This document shows positions 48,901 to 57,121 of a DNA stretch of 64,000 bases, one piece after another (position 1 is the stretch's first letter; each line of letters opens with the position of its first letter). The DNA lies in NCBI GenBank assembly GCA_045222195.1, contig JBGUXN010000003.1, forward strand, positions 27,311 to 91,310, written 5' to 3'. A program made the translations under genes and the position numbers. The notes beneath the pieces were generated by a model that saw only the letters and a program-made list of their open reading frames with translations, did no database searches and was not told where the DNA came from. This DNA comes from Bacilli bacterium (GTDB lineage: Bacteria > Bacillota_I > Bacilli_A > RFN20 > CAG-826).

Positions 48901-49049
48901 CCTTTAGCAATATCAATGCCTTTTATGCCAATGTAATAATAAGTAGTATCTCCTTCCTTATTTAAATAAGAGATATCTAACCATTTGTTGTGAATGATTG
49001 CTTGAAAAATAGAATTCTTAATTGAGATCTTCATATTCGTTCGTATCAA
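45933..49049 (-). CDS. SF1B (Upf1/DNA2-like) helicase fused to a C-terminal PD-(D/E)xK-type (DUF2726/DUF559-like) nuclease domain
   Basis: 'GPPGTGKT', 'IMDEAGQ', 'LVGDTNQLQP', 'TVHTLQGSEKSVII', 'NVAVTRAK'. C-terminal 'FDVVV...VVFEIDGGEH...IKLIRI'. The ORF-track start is TTG; the first ATG is at 49034. Confidence 0.75.
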   Translation of the reverse strand: MIRTNMKISIKNSIFQAIIHNKWLDISYLNKEGDTTYYYIGIKGIDIAKGRIVCDIFNPHKSTEVMMGGKNTFIFVDGIKTASVLENSYYESPKELVERVTNDKKIGEYLEVVNFDNNILRYLSDCYRLDNDPFLKDVVMIDGIDTHTLFESGKYKLDDKQFQALLDRVFKKPKNEAEEINRYQTLAINKFSIDLNDKQYVVAYRTLSLNFKNKTLKMSDKTSINKSFLVTEERKVTLGMYLDANPDDFCAHYDEYEREYIKLIEQNFHNGEKVNTRPTIFFLMRDCYRGVDEAFEAIHQMDKEGKLTVPLRAFFGRNKSKSGTSKEVNIVVFDRKKINIDQMRVVYNSMVNRVTYVKGPPGTGKTETIFNVLLSAYANDKTVLVCSNNNHPVSDIFKKMDGTLTIKRRTASERENIIFPIIRIGNNLETQNTILKLREILNFVNENEDATVKEKSTEASKDKSLADFKELRDLLVEYEEQIDLNERIETLQKIRNLTTIDRINTKLDEQIRAYQEKAQNARKISDEDVLKYAVSASEDRHFQNYVYYSSLLRFKRLSNDIFKELRNIIAIEDLEEAVRQFNKWIRKDTNLRRFLLVFPIVICTNLSCDKLGKPKPQFDLVIMDEAGQCNTASSLIPIVRGENLLLVGDTNQLQPVTVIEENVNEDLMERYGISEEYDYVHNSILKTMLRKDNNSKNILLRYHYRCGKKIASFVNQRFYNEQLKLLNDNSGELTYYNVKNTFNPNARNAYREEAIQIAKIIKDNKYKDVGIITPFVNQAEMINSLLIRMGRDDIKAGTVHTLQGSEKSVIIMSAALSPRTGKKTMAWIKDNHELINVAVTRAKERFIFVGDKEAIDKLSGEEKNDIKVLSDYVYKNGEIIVPKSDAIISYDFSNDSKNEKDFFDTIQPYFNRRGTKFRVSRNVPVAEAIKDVRKEDLSIIGKKEFDVVVQASQGIFNNRYKTVVVFEIDGGEHIGSKRTAALDRQKEEICKNYGIKLIRIPNSAVKDYESIISLFEFVVKDLKDIDEAYTQMSLFDEV

Positions 49050-49132
49050 AATAATTATAAATGTTGTCTCTTATAATTACGAACGATAATTATAGTGATA
49101 CAATAATTAAGAACATATCGAGAAATAGTATT

Positions 49133-49660
49133 ATGGACAAAGAGAAACAAGAAAAACAATTGCTAGAACAACTAGACGAAAAGTTTCTAGCACAATCTGA
49201 CCAATCATATATCGTAGCCACCACCGAATATTCTAGAGAAATAGAACAATCCCTAGACGCATTAATTGCAGAAGAAATGCAAGGCTATGATGACATTATC
49301 AGTATGCTTAAGGAGAGACTAGATTTAACAAAAGATTTCCTTAAAAGTGGCCAATTAACTCCAGAAGAAAAAAGATACTATTATGAGGAGCTTAAAAGCA
49401 TTCAATTTGAAATAGAAAATATCTATCTAAAAAAGAACGAAGCTATTAATGAAAATAAAAAAGAAAAGCATAAAACCAAAGTTATGCTCTTTTCCGAAAG
49501 AATTACTCATAATACAATTACTGATTTAACAGCATTAGGCAAAGTTATTGCAAGTATCATTAAAGCCTATAATGCCGCCGCTAAAACAACGATTGAACAA
49601 TTAGAAATCAAAGAGTCGTTCTTAAAACTCAAATCTAAAATTGCAACTAAGAAAAAATAA
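49133..49660 (+). CDS. coiled-coil hypothetical protein
   Basis: E/K/Q-rich ORF, with the ATG at 49133 preferred. Divergent from the helicase gene. Confidence 0.4.
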   Translation: MDKEKQEKQLLEQLDEKFLAQSDQSYIVATTEYSREIEQSLDALIAEEMQGYDDIISMLKERLDLTKDFLKSGQLTPEEKRYYYEELKSIQFEIENIYLKKNEAINENKKEKHKTKVMLFSERITHNTITDLTALGKVIASIIKAYNAAAKTTIEQLEIKESFLKLKSKIATKKK

Positions 49661-49668
49661 TAATTAGA

Positions 49669-51738
49669 CTACACTTCTTTCGCATCTATCTTAAGTTCAC
49701 CTAGATAGATGTTTTTAATAATGTCATAAATAATGACTGTGCCCCATGAGTCAATCTTACAGTACGCTAAAGCTTCATCGAGTAAGTCTTGAGTACTTGG
49801 TCCAATATCCTGTTCGTTTAAATGGCTTCTTACAATAAGAGATTTATATAGGTCTAAACAAATACCACCATTATATACAAGGCATTTATCTCCCTTGTGG
49901 TAGTCAAGAGAATCCGTTAAATCAAATGGTAGTTTTTTATTATAGAAATCTAAAACATCTTGATCTGCCGCTAAAGTTGGTTGAACAACTTTTAAAGAAC
50001 CACGTCCATTGAAATCAACACAATAGATGCTTCCAGATGTAAAGAAATCTAATAGGTCTACTACGTTATCATTAAAGTTATTAACAAATCTAATTAAATC
50101 GTTATCGCACAAATCTACGAAGTCTCTAGCGAATTCAAACATTCTGGTCTTTTCAAAATTTTGATTAAAGACCACTACTCGATAATTAGAAGCATATGGA
50201 TCAATACCAGATTCTTCTAATTGTTTTTTAAGTGTTTTATATAATTCAATACTTGGGTTGATATATTTAGTGATATCTGGATTGGCAATATATTCATAGT
50301 GTTTAACACCACCACCGATACCTTTAGCGAAATCATGTTCTGTTAAATCATATCCTTTATTAACAATATGCATAGAATATTGGGATACGATTTGTTTCCA
50401 AGGATGAGAATGCTCCACAAGTGGTATTGGATATTGGAAAGATTCAAAATCAAAGAACAATAAATAATCTATATCATCGTTATAGTAATCTCTTTCAATT
50501 ATTTCTTTTATTAAATGACGTGATATCACGTATTTTTCTTTGATATTGCCTTTTTGATATTCAACTTGTAGATGAGCGGAACATCTACTACCATTCTTTT
50601 TTATTTCATCAAAAGGATTAGGATCAATATCACTTATTTTAGTAATACCTGATTCGATTAATTCTTTAGTTTTAATGTAGTTACCACCATAAAGATTCCA
50701 ATTAGTTAATCTAAAGATGGAATTAGGAGAATCAGCATCATTAAAACACATGTCAATTAATTCACATCTTGGACCTTTACGACATTCATATTTCATCTTT
50801 GGATAAACATCTGAATCTTTAGATATCCTATCAATGTCATCTAATATATCCTCTATTGTGGGTTTTATCTCTTTACTTCGAGGAACATTAATATATAGTT
50901 TTTCATCAAAATATTGTTTTAAAGGTAATGTTTCTGTTTTTAGATTAATTTCTCTTTTAATAACAAATAACCTAAATAGTTCACTTCTATCAACTGGATA
51001 AGATAAGACTCCTAATTCAAAGTCTCTATTAGTAAACATAAAGCCTAGTTCTCTAATTTGGTAACCCGCTTTTTTATAGACATAATATTGGAATAATAAG
51101 TCATATAAATATTTATCTTTAATCTTAGTATCAACATCATAGTCTTTTTCACCTTGTCTAGAAGGGTGAACAAAAACATCATTCGTGCCTTTAACTTCGA
51201 TTAATTCATAAGTATCATCTTCGTTTTTAAGTAAGATATCAAATCTCGCTCTTAAGCCATCTACTTCTACTTGTCCTTCAAATATGACTCTAATATTAGG
51301 ATCATTAATATATCTAAATGTATATCCTAAGATTTCATTTTGATCTAATAATTCATTACCATCCTTATCAATATCACATCTAGCACAGTGTTCTTTACCA
51401 TATAAATCTTCATAATAATCACGAGATAACTTAGATATGAGCTGGTTATTATTATATTTATCAATTAATACTTCCGCAGGATTCTTTTTAATTGTTTTTT
51501 CAAATTCCGCTATTTCTTTTTTAAGATATGGATAATCTTTTAAAGTTTCATACAAATCAAAAGTATCGTCGCCATCAGTGTCACTATCGCCTTCATCTTC
51601 CGCTAGTTCACGATATTTTTCTTGATTCGCTATTGATCTTTTTAGAAGCGCGATTAAAGTTTTGTCTTCTAATTCAAGAGACACTAAATAGGGGCATCTT
51701 TTCGCTACGTAATCTTTAATAACTGTTTTTGTAATCAT
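49669..51738 (-). CDS. DUF2779-like protein with an N-terminal Cas4/PD-(D/E)xK-type nuclease domain
   Basis: N-terminal Cys ('AKRCPYL'). 'FDILL...LIEVKGT' (D...ExK). Cys cluster 'ECRKGPRCELIDMC'. Confidence 0.55.
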   Translation of the reverse strand: MITKTVIKDYVAKRCPYLVSLELEDKTLIALLKRSIANQEKYRELAEDEGDSDTDGDDTFDLYETLKDYPYLKKEIAEFEKTIKKNPAEVLIDKYNNNQLISKLSRDYYEDLYGKEHCARCDIDKDGNELLDQNEILGYTFRYINDPNIRVIFEGQVEVDGLRARFDILLKNEDDTYELIEVKGTNDVFVHPSRQGEKDYDVDTKIKDKYLYDLLFQYYVYKKAGYQIRELGFMFTNRDFELGVLSYPVDRSELFRLFVIKREINLKTETLPLKQYFDEKLYINVPRSKEIKPTIEDILDDIDRISKDSDVYPKMKYECRKGPRCELIDMCFNDADSPNSIFRLTNWNLYGGNYIKTKELIESGITKISDIDPNPFDEIKKNGSRCSAHLQVEYQKGNIKEKYVISRHLIKEIIERDYYNDDIDYLLFFDFESFQYPIPLVEHSHPWKQIVSQYSMHIVNKGYDLTEHDFAKGIGGGVKHYEYIANPDITKYINPSIELYKTLKKQLEESGIDPYASNYRVVVFNQNFEKTRMFEFARDFVDLCDNDLIRFVNNFNDNVVDLLDFFTSGSIYCVDFNGRGSLKVVQPTLAADQDVLDFYNKKLPFDLTDSLDYHKGDKCLVYNGGICLDLYKSLIVRSHLNEQDIGPSTQDLLDEALAYCKIDSWGTVIIYDIIKNIYLGELKIDAKEV

Positions 51739-51960
51739 ATATTAAGAAAATCACTACCTTTTAGTTTAACCGATAAATCGGTAGTCACAAAAGAAAACTG
51801 TCGTAAATCCAATCTTCAAACGAAAAAGTACTAATATTATATAGATTAATCTATATTTTAACAAAACATATTCCCTGGAACGGGGCGCAAGACCTTGGAC
51901 TTATATAATACAAAGTATTATATAAAAGTGGCATTTTTGACCTTAAAATCGTATCACGGT

Positions 51961-52701
51961 CTACATATCGATGTAAAGCTTTAAAGAAACATTCTTTTGC
52001 CTTCCACCTCTAATATCAAGACCAGTTTTGGCTCTTTGGATTAGAACATCTATTTTGGACAAATCAATTACTTCATATCTGTCTGTGGCGATGAAAATGA
52101 TATAGCCTACATCAGTGAGCGTTTCTTTTATATACTCAAGAATGTTTTTATCTTCGCTGAGCATGTAAAACCTATTAAATACATTATTTATATACACACC
52201 CAGACTAGCTCCTTGTTGCTCAATCAAAAAGACCACAATTTGATTAGCATATTTACTTTTTTTCAATGAATCTAAGTGATGTTCGACATTTCTTTTAAAG
52301 GATTTGATAAAGGATTCATATGAAAAGCATTCGTGCGTGTCCTCTATTGTTTCTGTTCTCATAGTGCCCGGATGATGAGGGCTTTCCATAAAATCTTTAT
52401 CGAGTTGTTTAAAATGTTTGTCATTTTCTCTCTGACAGTATGCATCATCAATTTTGTATTGTGATCCTTTGCGCGTTTCATCAGAAGCAGTTACTTCAAA
52501 GTGTTCAATTATTCCACCGTCAAAGAAAAAATCAGGAAAATCGCTATGTTTCTCGTTTTGATGAGTACTACTAAGGATTGACTCCATTATTGAATAATCG
52601 GAGTTGTCAAACACCTTTGTAATACCTTTGAAATATATGAAACTGTCTTTTATCTTATTTAGACAATCTAGTTCGTTTTTTCTTAGATTATTATCCTTCA
52701 T
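51961..52701 (-). CDS. hypothetical protein, gene 6 of the GHKL operon
   Basis: ATG at 52701 preferred; the track start at 52734 is TTG. No recognised domain. Confidence 0.5.
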   Translation of the reverse strand: MKDNNLRKNELDCLNKIKDSFIYFKGITKVFDNSDYSIMESILSSTHQNEKHSDFPDFFFDGGIIEHFEVTASDETRKGSQYKIDDAYCQRENDKHFKQLDKDFMESPHHPGTMRTETIEDTHECFSYESFIKSFKRNVEHHLDSLKKSKYANQIVVFLIEQQGASLGVYINNVFNRFYMLSEDKNILEYIKETLTDVGYIIFIATDRYEVIDLSKIDVLIQRAKTGLDIRGGRQKNVSLKLYIDM

Positions 52702-53113
52702 CTTCTTCAGTTTCCGTTTTTTTCTTTTTATCAAGAATCGCTCTAATTACAAAGTAAGCTATAGCAGCTAAAACAATTACGCCCATAACTATACCTATAG
52801 TAAGAATGTATTGTTCGATGCCCCATACGATATATGCGATAACAAATCCGAGTAGCGTGGAAATAATGAAATAGGCTATTTTCATAATTCCACTATTGAA
52901 CCATCCTAGAGCATTGAAAATAACACCGACCAAGCTATAAGAAACAATGAAAGTTAAAATTCTAACTATAATTCCGCCAGCAATTGAAGTGTCTGGTTGG
53001 GAATATTGAAGAGTAAATAACCAAGCAAAGAATTTGAGAATGTTAGCAAAAGCACCACTACATAAAAGTAGTAAAATTACGATTGAAGCAATGATGCTGC
53101 CTACTTTCTTCAT
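52691..53113 (-). CDS. small four-TM membrane protein, gene 5 of the GHKL operon
   Basis: 140 aa with four hydrophobic helices and an acidic/basic tail. Confidence 0.55.
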   Translation of the reverse strand: MKKVGSIIASIVILLLLCSGAFANILKFFAWLFTLQYSQPDTSIAGGIIVRILTFIVSYSLVGVIFNALGWFNSGIMKIAYFIISTLLGFVIAYIVWGIEQYILTIGIVMGVIVLAAIAYFVIRAILDKKKKTETEEDEG

Positions 53114-53119
53114 GTCAAA

Positions 53120-53878
53120 TTAATCCAAAGATAGGACTTGCTTAATTTTTTCGTGCAAAGTATCGACAAGCACCCGCTCTTCAACACATTCAGTCATGCT
53201 AACATTTGTTAAAGCCGAGTATTGGAGTCTCACTTTTTCATATGCTTTGAAAGAAATCTGCAAATCTGGGTGCTTTTCTTTTGCAATTTTAAATGCTCTA
53301 ATAAACGCTCGTGACGAATTAATCCCGTCCATATTTGGGTTGTACACAATTCTTCTTAATGCAGGATTATTAAACACAAACCTAGTCAACTCATATTTAT
53401 CATCGAGCGTTTCGTCAACTGTCATCTCAACAACCTTGTACAACCTAGTCATTAAATTTCTAGCAATTGCTTGCCTTAAACCTTTTCTATGATCAAAGAA
53501 AAATGTAGCTGATACCCTTGTCTCTGCAGCTAAATCACTAGCCCAAATAAAATATTTATATCCAAATGTATAGAGAAAACCTGCCGCAAATTTTTCGTTG
53601 TAAATAACTGCATTACCAATCTTATTGTTTTTAAACAATTCATATAAATTCACTGCATTGTTGAACTCGCTTTCCTTCGGGTTTAATGAATTTGTTTCAA
53701 AATCAAAATCAAAATTATATGGAGAGCTGGTGGTTGGGTCTTTTTTACAAAAATCTTTTATCCAAGCAGTGCCTTCCTTGTTGCTTTTTAAGGTCTCAAA
53801 GAAGTCTGTCATGTTTTGATGAATAAAATCTAACCCTTTATCAGTAAAGACTCTTAAATTAGTCATTTTTAGCACCAT
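53120..53878 (-). CDS. hypothetical protein, gene 4 of the GHKL operon
   Basis: 252 aa. Overlaps the upstream gene's stop codon. No recognised motif. Confidence 0.5.
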   Translation of the reverse strand: MVLKMTNLRVFTDKGLDFIHQNMTDFFETLKSNKEGTAWIKDFCKKDPTTSSPYNFDFDFETNSLNPKESEFNNAVNLYELFKNNKIGNAVIYNEKFAAGFLYTFGYKYFIWASDLAAETRVSATFFFDHRKGLRQAIARNLMTRLYKVVEMTVDETLDDKYELTRFVFNNPALRRIVYNPNMDGINSSRAFIRAFKIAKEKHPDLQISFKAYEKVRLQYSALTNVSMTECVEERVLVDTLHEKIKQVLSLD

Positions 53879-54764
53879 CCTCTCTCGCCTTTACAATGAA
53901 ATCTAATTCTTTGTAGGCGGCATTTTGTTTCTTATTGCCAACTTTGAGAAGTAATTGAGCAGCAATTAAAGGACTAATGTCACTTTGGCAAGGGTCCTTA
54001 TTAAACTCTTTGAGGTATTTATTTGTAATAACCTTGTACCATTCTTTGTTTTTATTAGTTGTGTTAAAAAGATTGTCGCTATCATCTCCGCTTTCTTTCA
54101 TTTGCTGGAGGATAGAAGTAAATTCAGGAATAAGGAAATCAACTATTATTGATTCCTCGTTTTTGTTGCACACCTTTGTATAGTGCTTATACATCTTACT
54201 TGATAAGCGAAAAACAATTCTATCTCCGCTCAAATCAACTTCAAAATATTCCTTGTCGTTCATTGACTTGACTTCTGTAAATGAAACTATTGATTGTTTA
54301 CCACCATCTTTGTAATGGTCAATAGATATTACATATGTATTGCTCTCTCCAACAACGTTTCCCTTTTCAACATAAGGCTCTTCGCCTTCCCATTCCTTTG
54401 ATAGAGATTCATCCTTAATCTTAATATCCTTGTTTGTTACCAAAAATGCATCAATATCAACATCTCCATCTACATCAAGTGAATTAACTGCATACTTAAC
54501 TGAATTTGAATTAAAAGGCACGTCAACAACACGAACTAAGCCAAGTGGTCTACAAGAAATCTTAGCAACCACTTTTAAGTCTTGGTTGGCAATCAATTTG
54601 TTAATGTAGTCGTTATTAATTGAGTAACTGACACCATAGATAATTATTTCTTGCTTCGAATCATATTCAGCTCTACCTTCAATATGAAATTCACTCTTTT
54701 TGAAATCGGAAGAAAACTCTGCCAAATATGGGAATGAGTAAATTTTGTATCTATTCGTTTGCAT
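53859..54764 (-). CDS. hypothetical protein, gene 3 of the GHKL operon
   Basis: 301 aa. 14-nt overlap with the ATPase gene. No recognised motif. Confidence 0.5.
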   Translation of the reverse strand: MQTNRYKIYSFPYLAEFSSDFKKSEFHIEGRAEYDSKQEIIIYGVSYSINNDYINKLIANQDLKVVAKISCRPLGLVRVVDVPFNSNSVKYAVNSLDVDGDVDIDAFLVTNKDIKIKDESLSKEWEGEEPYVEKGNVVGESNTYVISIDHYKDGGKQSIVSFTEVKSMNDKEYFEVDLSGDRIVFRLSSKMYKHYTKVCNKNEESIIVDFLIPEFTSILQQMKESGDDSDNLFNTTNKNKEWYKVITNKYLKEFNKDPCQSDISPLIAAQLLLKVGNKKQNAAYKELDFIVKAREDGAKND

Positions 54765-56760
54765 TGATATTTACCTCCCATATATAGTTTTGTTTAACAT
54801 CTAGTTTTAGGGGAATTTTATACTTTGTTCCTCTATCAATTTTCTTCATAAAAATAATGTTTTTCTTCGTCTTTAAAGGAAGAAGGCCGTGTTTTGCTTT
54901 CAAGACCTTTGCAGGAATTGTGTCGTTAGCGCCAGTGCCAATAATGAATATTTCAATGCTTACGTCCGTTCCAGAACTCTTTGGAGTGAAAATTAAATTG
55001 AATAGACCTTCCTTCGGATTTACAGATGACATTTTTGTATTTGCAGTTTCAACATTTTTTCTTGCTTTAGTGAGGATTCCACTATCTGTTTCATCAAGTA
55101 AATTTTCAGTGTTGCCTTCTCTATAATCTCCACCAATGCCGTTGTTGGTTCCTTCAGGAAAACTTGTGTCTTCATCATCTCCTGGAAGCCCTTCAACATC
55201 TATCAGACCTGTCGCATCAGTTTCATCATCAGATATTTTGTTACTTTTCTTTTTTAGTGGCTTTCTCTTATGAGAATGTTTTGAAGGATCGTTTCTTATG
55301 CTAAAAGAAGCTTTTGAGATTGGTAAGCCGATGTCCTTGTTTGTTTCTTTTGCTATTTCATGATTGTCATCAGCTGAGCACCAATCGTTTTGGATCATGT
55401 AATCAAAGTCCGACTCTGTTGACATGTCGTTGTTTCCAAAATTATTAGCTTTTGTTTCTATAAAATGTGAAACAGCATTCAAGGCTTCTTCGATTTGATC
55501 TACTGAGTATTTCGTCTTATTTGCTTTACTCTTTGACCATTTTGAATGCGTTGCATCTTCGATTGATCTCAGTCTTTGGGCTAATTCTTCTCCCTCAATT
55601 AACAAAACACCAGTGCATTTCACAAATGCGTTTATTTCATTGTTTCTAATAAACATCCGTGTTGGACATCTATAAATATATAGTTTGTTATCGCCACTAA
55701 AATCATCTTCAAGAAGATACATGGTCATCTTAAAACCGGGTTTTTCGTCATATACAAACCTTTTCTTATTGGCGTTTGTTAAAGAATTATAGATGTTTAA
55801 ACAAGACTCTCTTTGGCTTTTATTCTTATAAGATGCAGATTGGTTAACAATGTAATTAATATTCGAAGGGTTAACTTCAGATTCCACTTGAATACCTAAT
55901 TTGTCATCTAATCCATCTATTATTTTTACACTTAATTTCTTGTTTAAAATTGCAGGCAAAAAACTGTAAATCACCTGACCAATGACTTGCTTTATCCAAT
56001 CTTCATCGCATAAGAAAGACGGAATATAAATATCGGTACCTATACCGCGTTTTTCGCGATCAAATGTTTCATCTAAATTAAAAATGTTCACGGATGGACT
56101 GTTGTTTACTTTGGATTCATTGTCTTCAACACAGAAGCAAACTCCTTGAGTCCAATCTTTCTTTATGTCATTTTCGTCAGAAGAAACCAAAAAGCCAACA
56201 CCGATAAATGCTTTTTCGTTATCTTTGGTCAATGTCGATAAAAACAAAGTCTGCAAATTTGAATTAGCAAAAATTGCATTTTTTCCTACACCTTTTGAAC
56301 CACCAGAATTAGCGCTTTGTTTGGCGTTTTTTCCTGCGCCATGAACGAAAGAGAAATATGGGGTTTTCGAACTACTACTGGTTGACCCCCATAGACCTGT
56401 TGTGTTGAAATCGGATATCCTCAGCCACACCATCTCTTCTTTATTTAATTCATCCAATGCTTTATTAACAAAGATTAAGTCTTTATCATCTTCGGAAATG
56501 TCAACTTGAGTTCTCTTCCAATTTTCTAAATACTCTTTAAAAGATTCTAATGCAGGAAACGCAGATGTTTTGGTTTTAAAGGTCCTAAATTCAACAAGAA
56601 CTGGTTGATTATCTAAGCTAGCATCTAAGGAGTTTTGAAGTATCTCACGTACCAAATTGCCGATTCTATCATCAGCAAAGGTATCGATATTGTTATTGTC
56701 AGAACTGCTTTGTGTAGTAAAGCCAGATTTTGGAAAGTTCCAAATAAGATTATCTATCAC
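54751..56760 (-). CDS. GHKL-superfamily (Hsp90/MutL/MORC-like) ATPase, gene 2 of the operon
   Basis: N-box 'NLVREILQNSLDAS', 'ISDFNTTGL' (DxGxG-like), 'GGSKGVGKNA' (G2-like). GTG start overlapping the upstream TGA (GTGA). Confidence 0.6.
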   Translation of the reverse strand: MIDNLIWNFPKSGFTTQSSSDNNNIDTFADDRIGNLVREILQNSLDASLDNQPVLVEFRTFKTKTSAFPALESFKEYLENWKRTQVDISEDDKDLIFVNKALDELNKEEMVWLRISDFNTTGLWGSTSSSSKTPYFSFVHGAGKNAKQSANSGGSKGVGKNAIFANSNLQTLFLSTLTKDNEKAFIGVGFLVSSDENDIKKDWTQGVCFCVEDNESKVNNSPSVNIFNLDETFDREKRGIGTDIYIPSFLCDEDWIKQVIGQVIYSFLPAILNKKLSVKIIDGLDDKLGIQVESEVNPSNINYIVNQSASYKNKSQRESCLNIYNSLTNANKKRFVYDEKPGFKMTMYLLEDDFSGDNKLYIYRCPTRMFIRNNEINAFVKCTGVLLIEGEELAQRLRSIEDATHSKWSKSKANKTKYSVDQIEEALNAVSHFIETKANNFGNNDMSTESDFDYMIQNDWCSADDNHEIAKETNKDIGLPISKASFSIRNDPSKHSHKRKPLKKKSNKISDDETDATGLIDVEGLPGDDEDTSFPEGTNNGIGGDYREGNTENLLDETDSGILTKARKNVETANTKMSSVNPKEGLFNLIFTPKSSGTDVSIEIFIIGTGANDTIPAKVLKAKHGLLPLKTKKNIIFMKKIDRGTKYKIPLKLDVKQNYIWEVNINANE

Positions 56761-56984
56761 AATGTGAACCTCCTTTTGCTTTTTTTGCGTTTATTAAATT
56801 TGTTTTTATTTTCTTTTATGGACTCTTCAATTGCTGAAAAAATAGCCTTTACTTCCTCTTCTGAATATTCATAAAAGGATTTGTTGGATAGATTTCCCAA
56901 TAAATCAAGCATATCCATTATTTTTTCAGTGCGAGCCTCTGCTAATCGTTTAAATCTTGCGTGTTTATTTTCGTTTTTTTCCAT
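56757..56984 (-). CDS. small basic helical protein (75 aa), gene 1 of the GHKL operon
   Basis: ORF translationally coupled to the ATPase gene. The ATG lies 6 nt after a candidate -10 box, so the transcript may be leaderless. Confidence 0.45.
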   Translation of the reverse strand: MEKNENKHARFKRLAEARTEKIMDMLDLLGNLSNKSFYEYSEEEVKAIFSAIEESIKENKNKFNKRKKSKRRFTL

Positions 56985-56990
56985 ACTTTA

Positions 56991-57018
56991 ATTCTAGTAT
57001 TTTTGTAATATTTTGCAA
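56991..57018 (-). promoter_or_regulatory. candidate promoter of the GHKL operon
   Basis: Minus strand: TTGCAA (57018-57013), 16-nt spacer, TAGAAT (56996-56991). Confidence 0.4.
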
Positions 57019-57079
57019 ATATAATATATTTTTTGGTGTTTAGATATTTATATCTACTTTTTAAATCATTTTGGCTTAC

Positions 57080-57101
57080 AAAAAAATGGCCGCGAACGAC
57101 C
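57080..57101 (-). terminator. intrinsic terminator ending the R-M operon
   Basis: Minus strand: GGUCG-UUCG-CGGCC followed by AU7. Confidence 0.75.
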
Positions 57102-57121
57102 ATCTTCATGTTTATTGGCTC

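Noticed and set aside
51871-51900. GC-rich patch (ccctggaacggggcgcaagaccttggac) in an AT-rich intergenic region: possible sRNA or terminator.
   Set aside because: Only an imperfect stem with internal mismatches, no adjacent U-run on either strand, and no promoter recognised.
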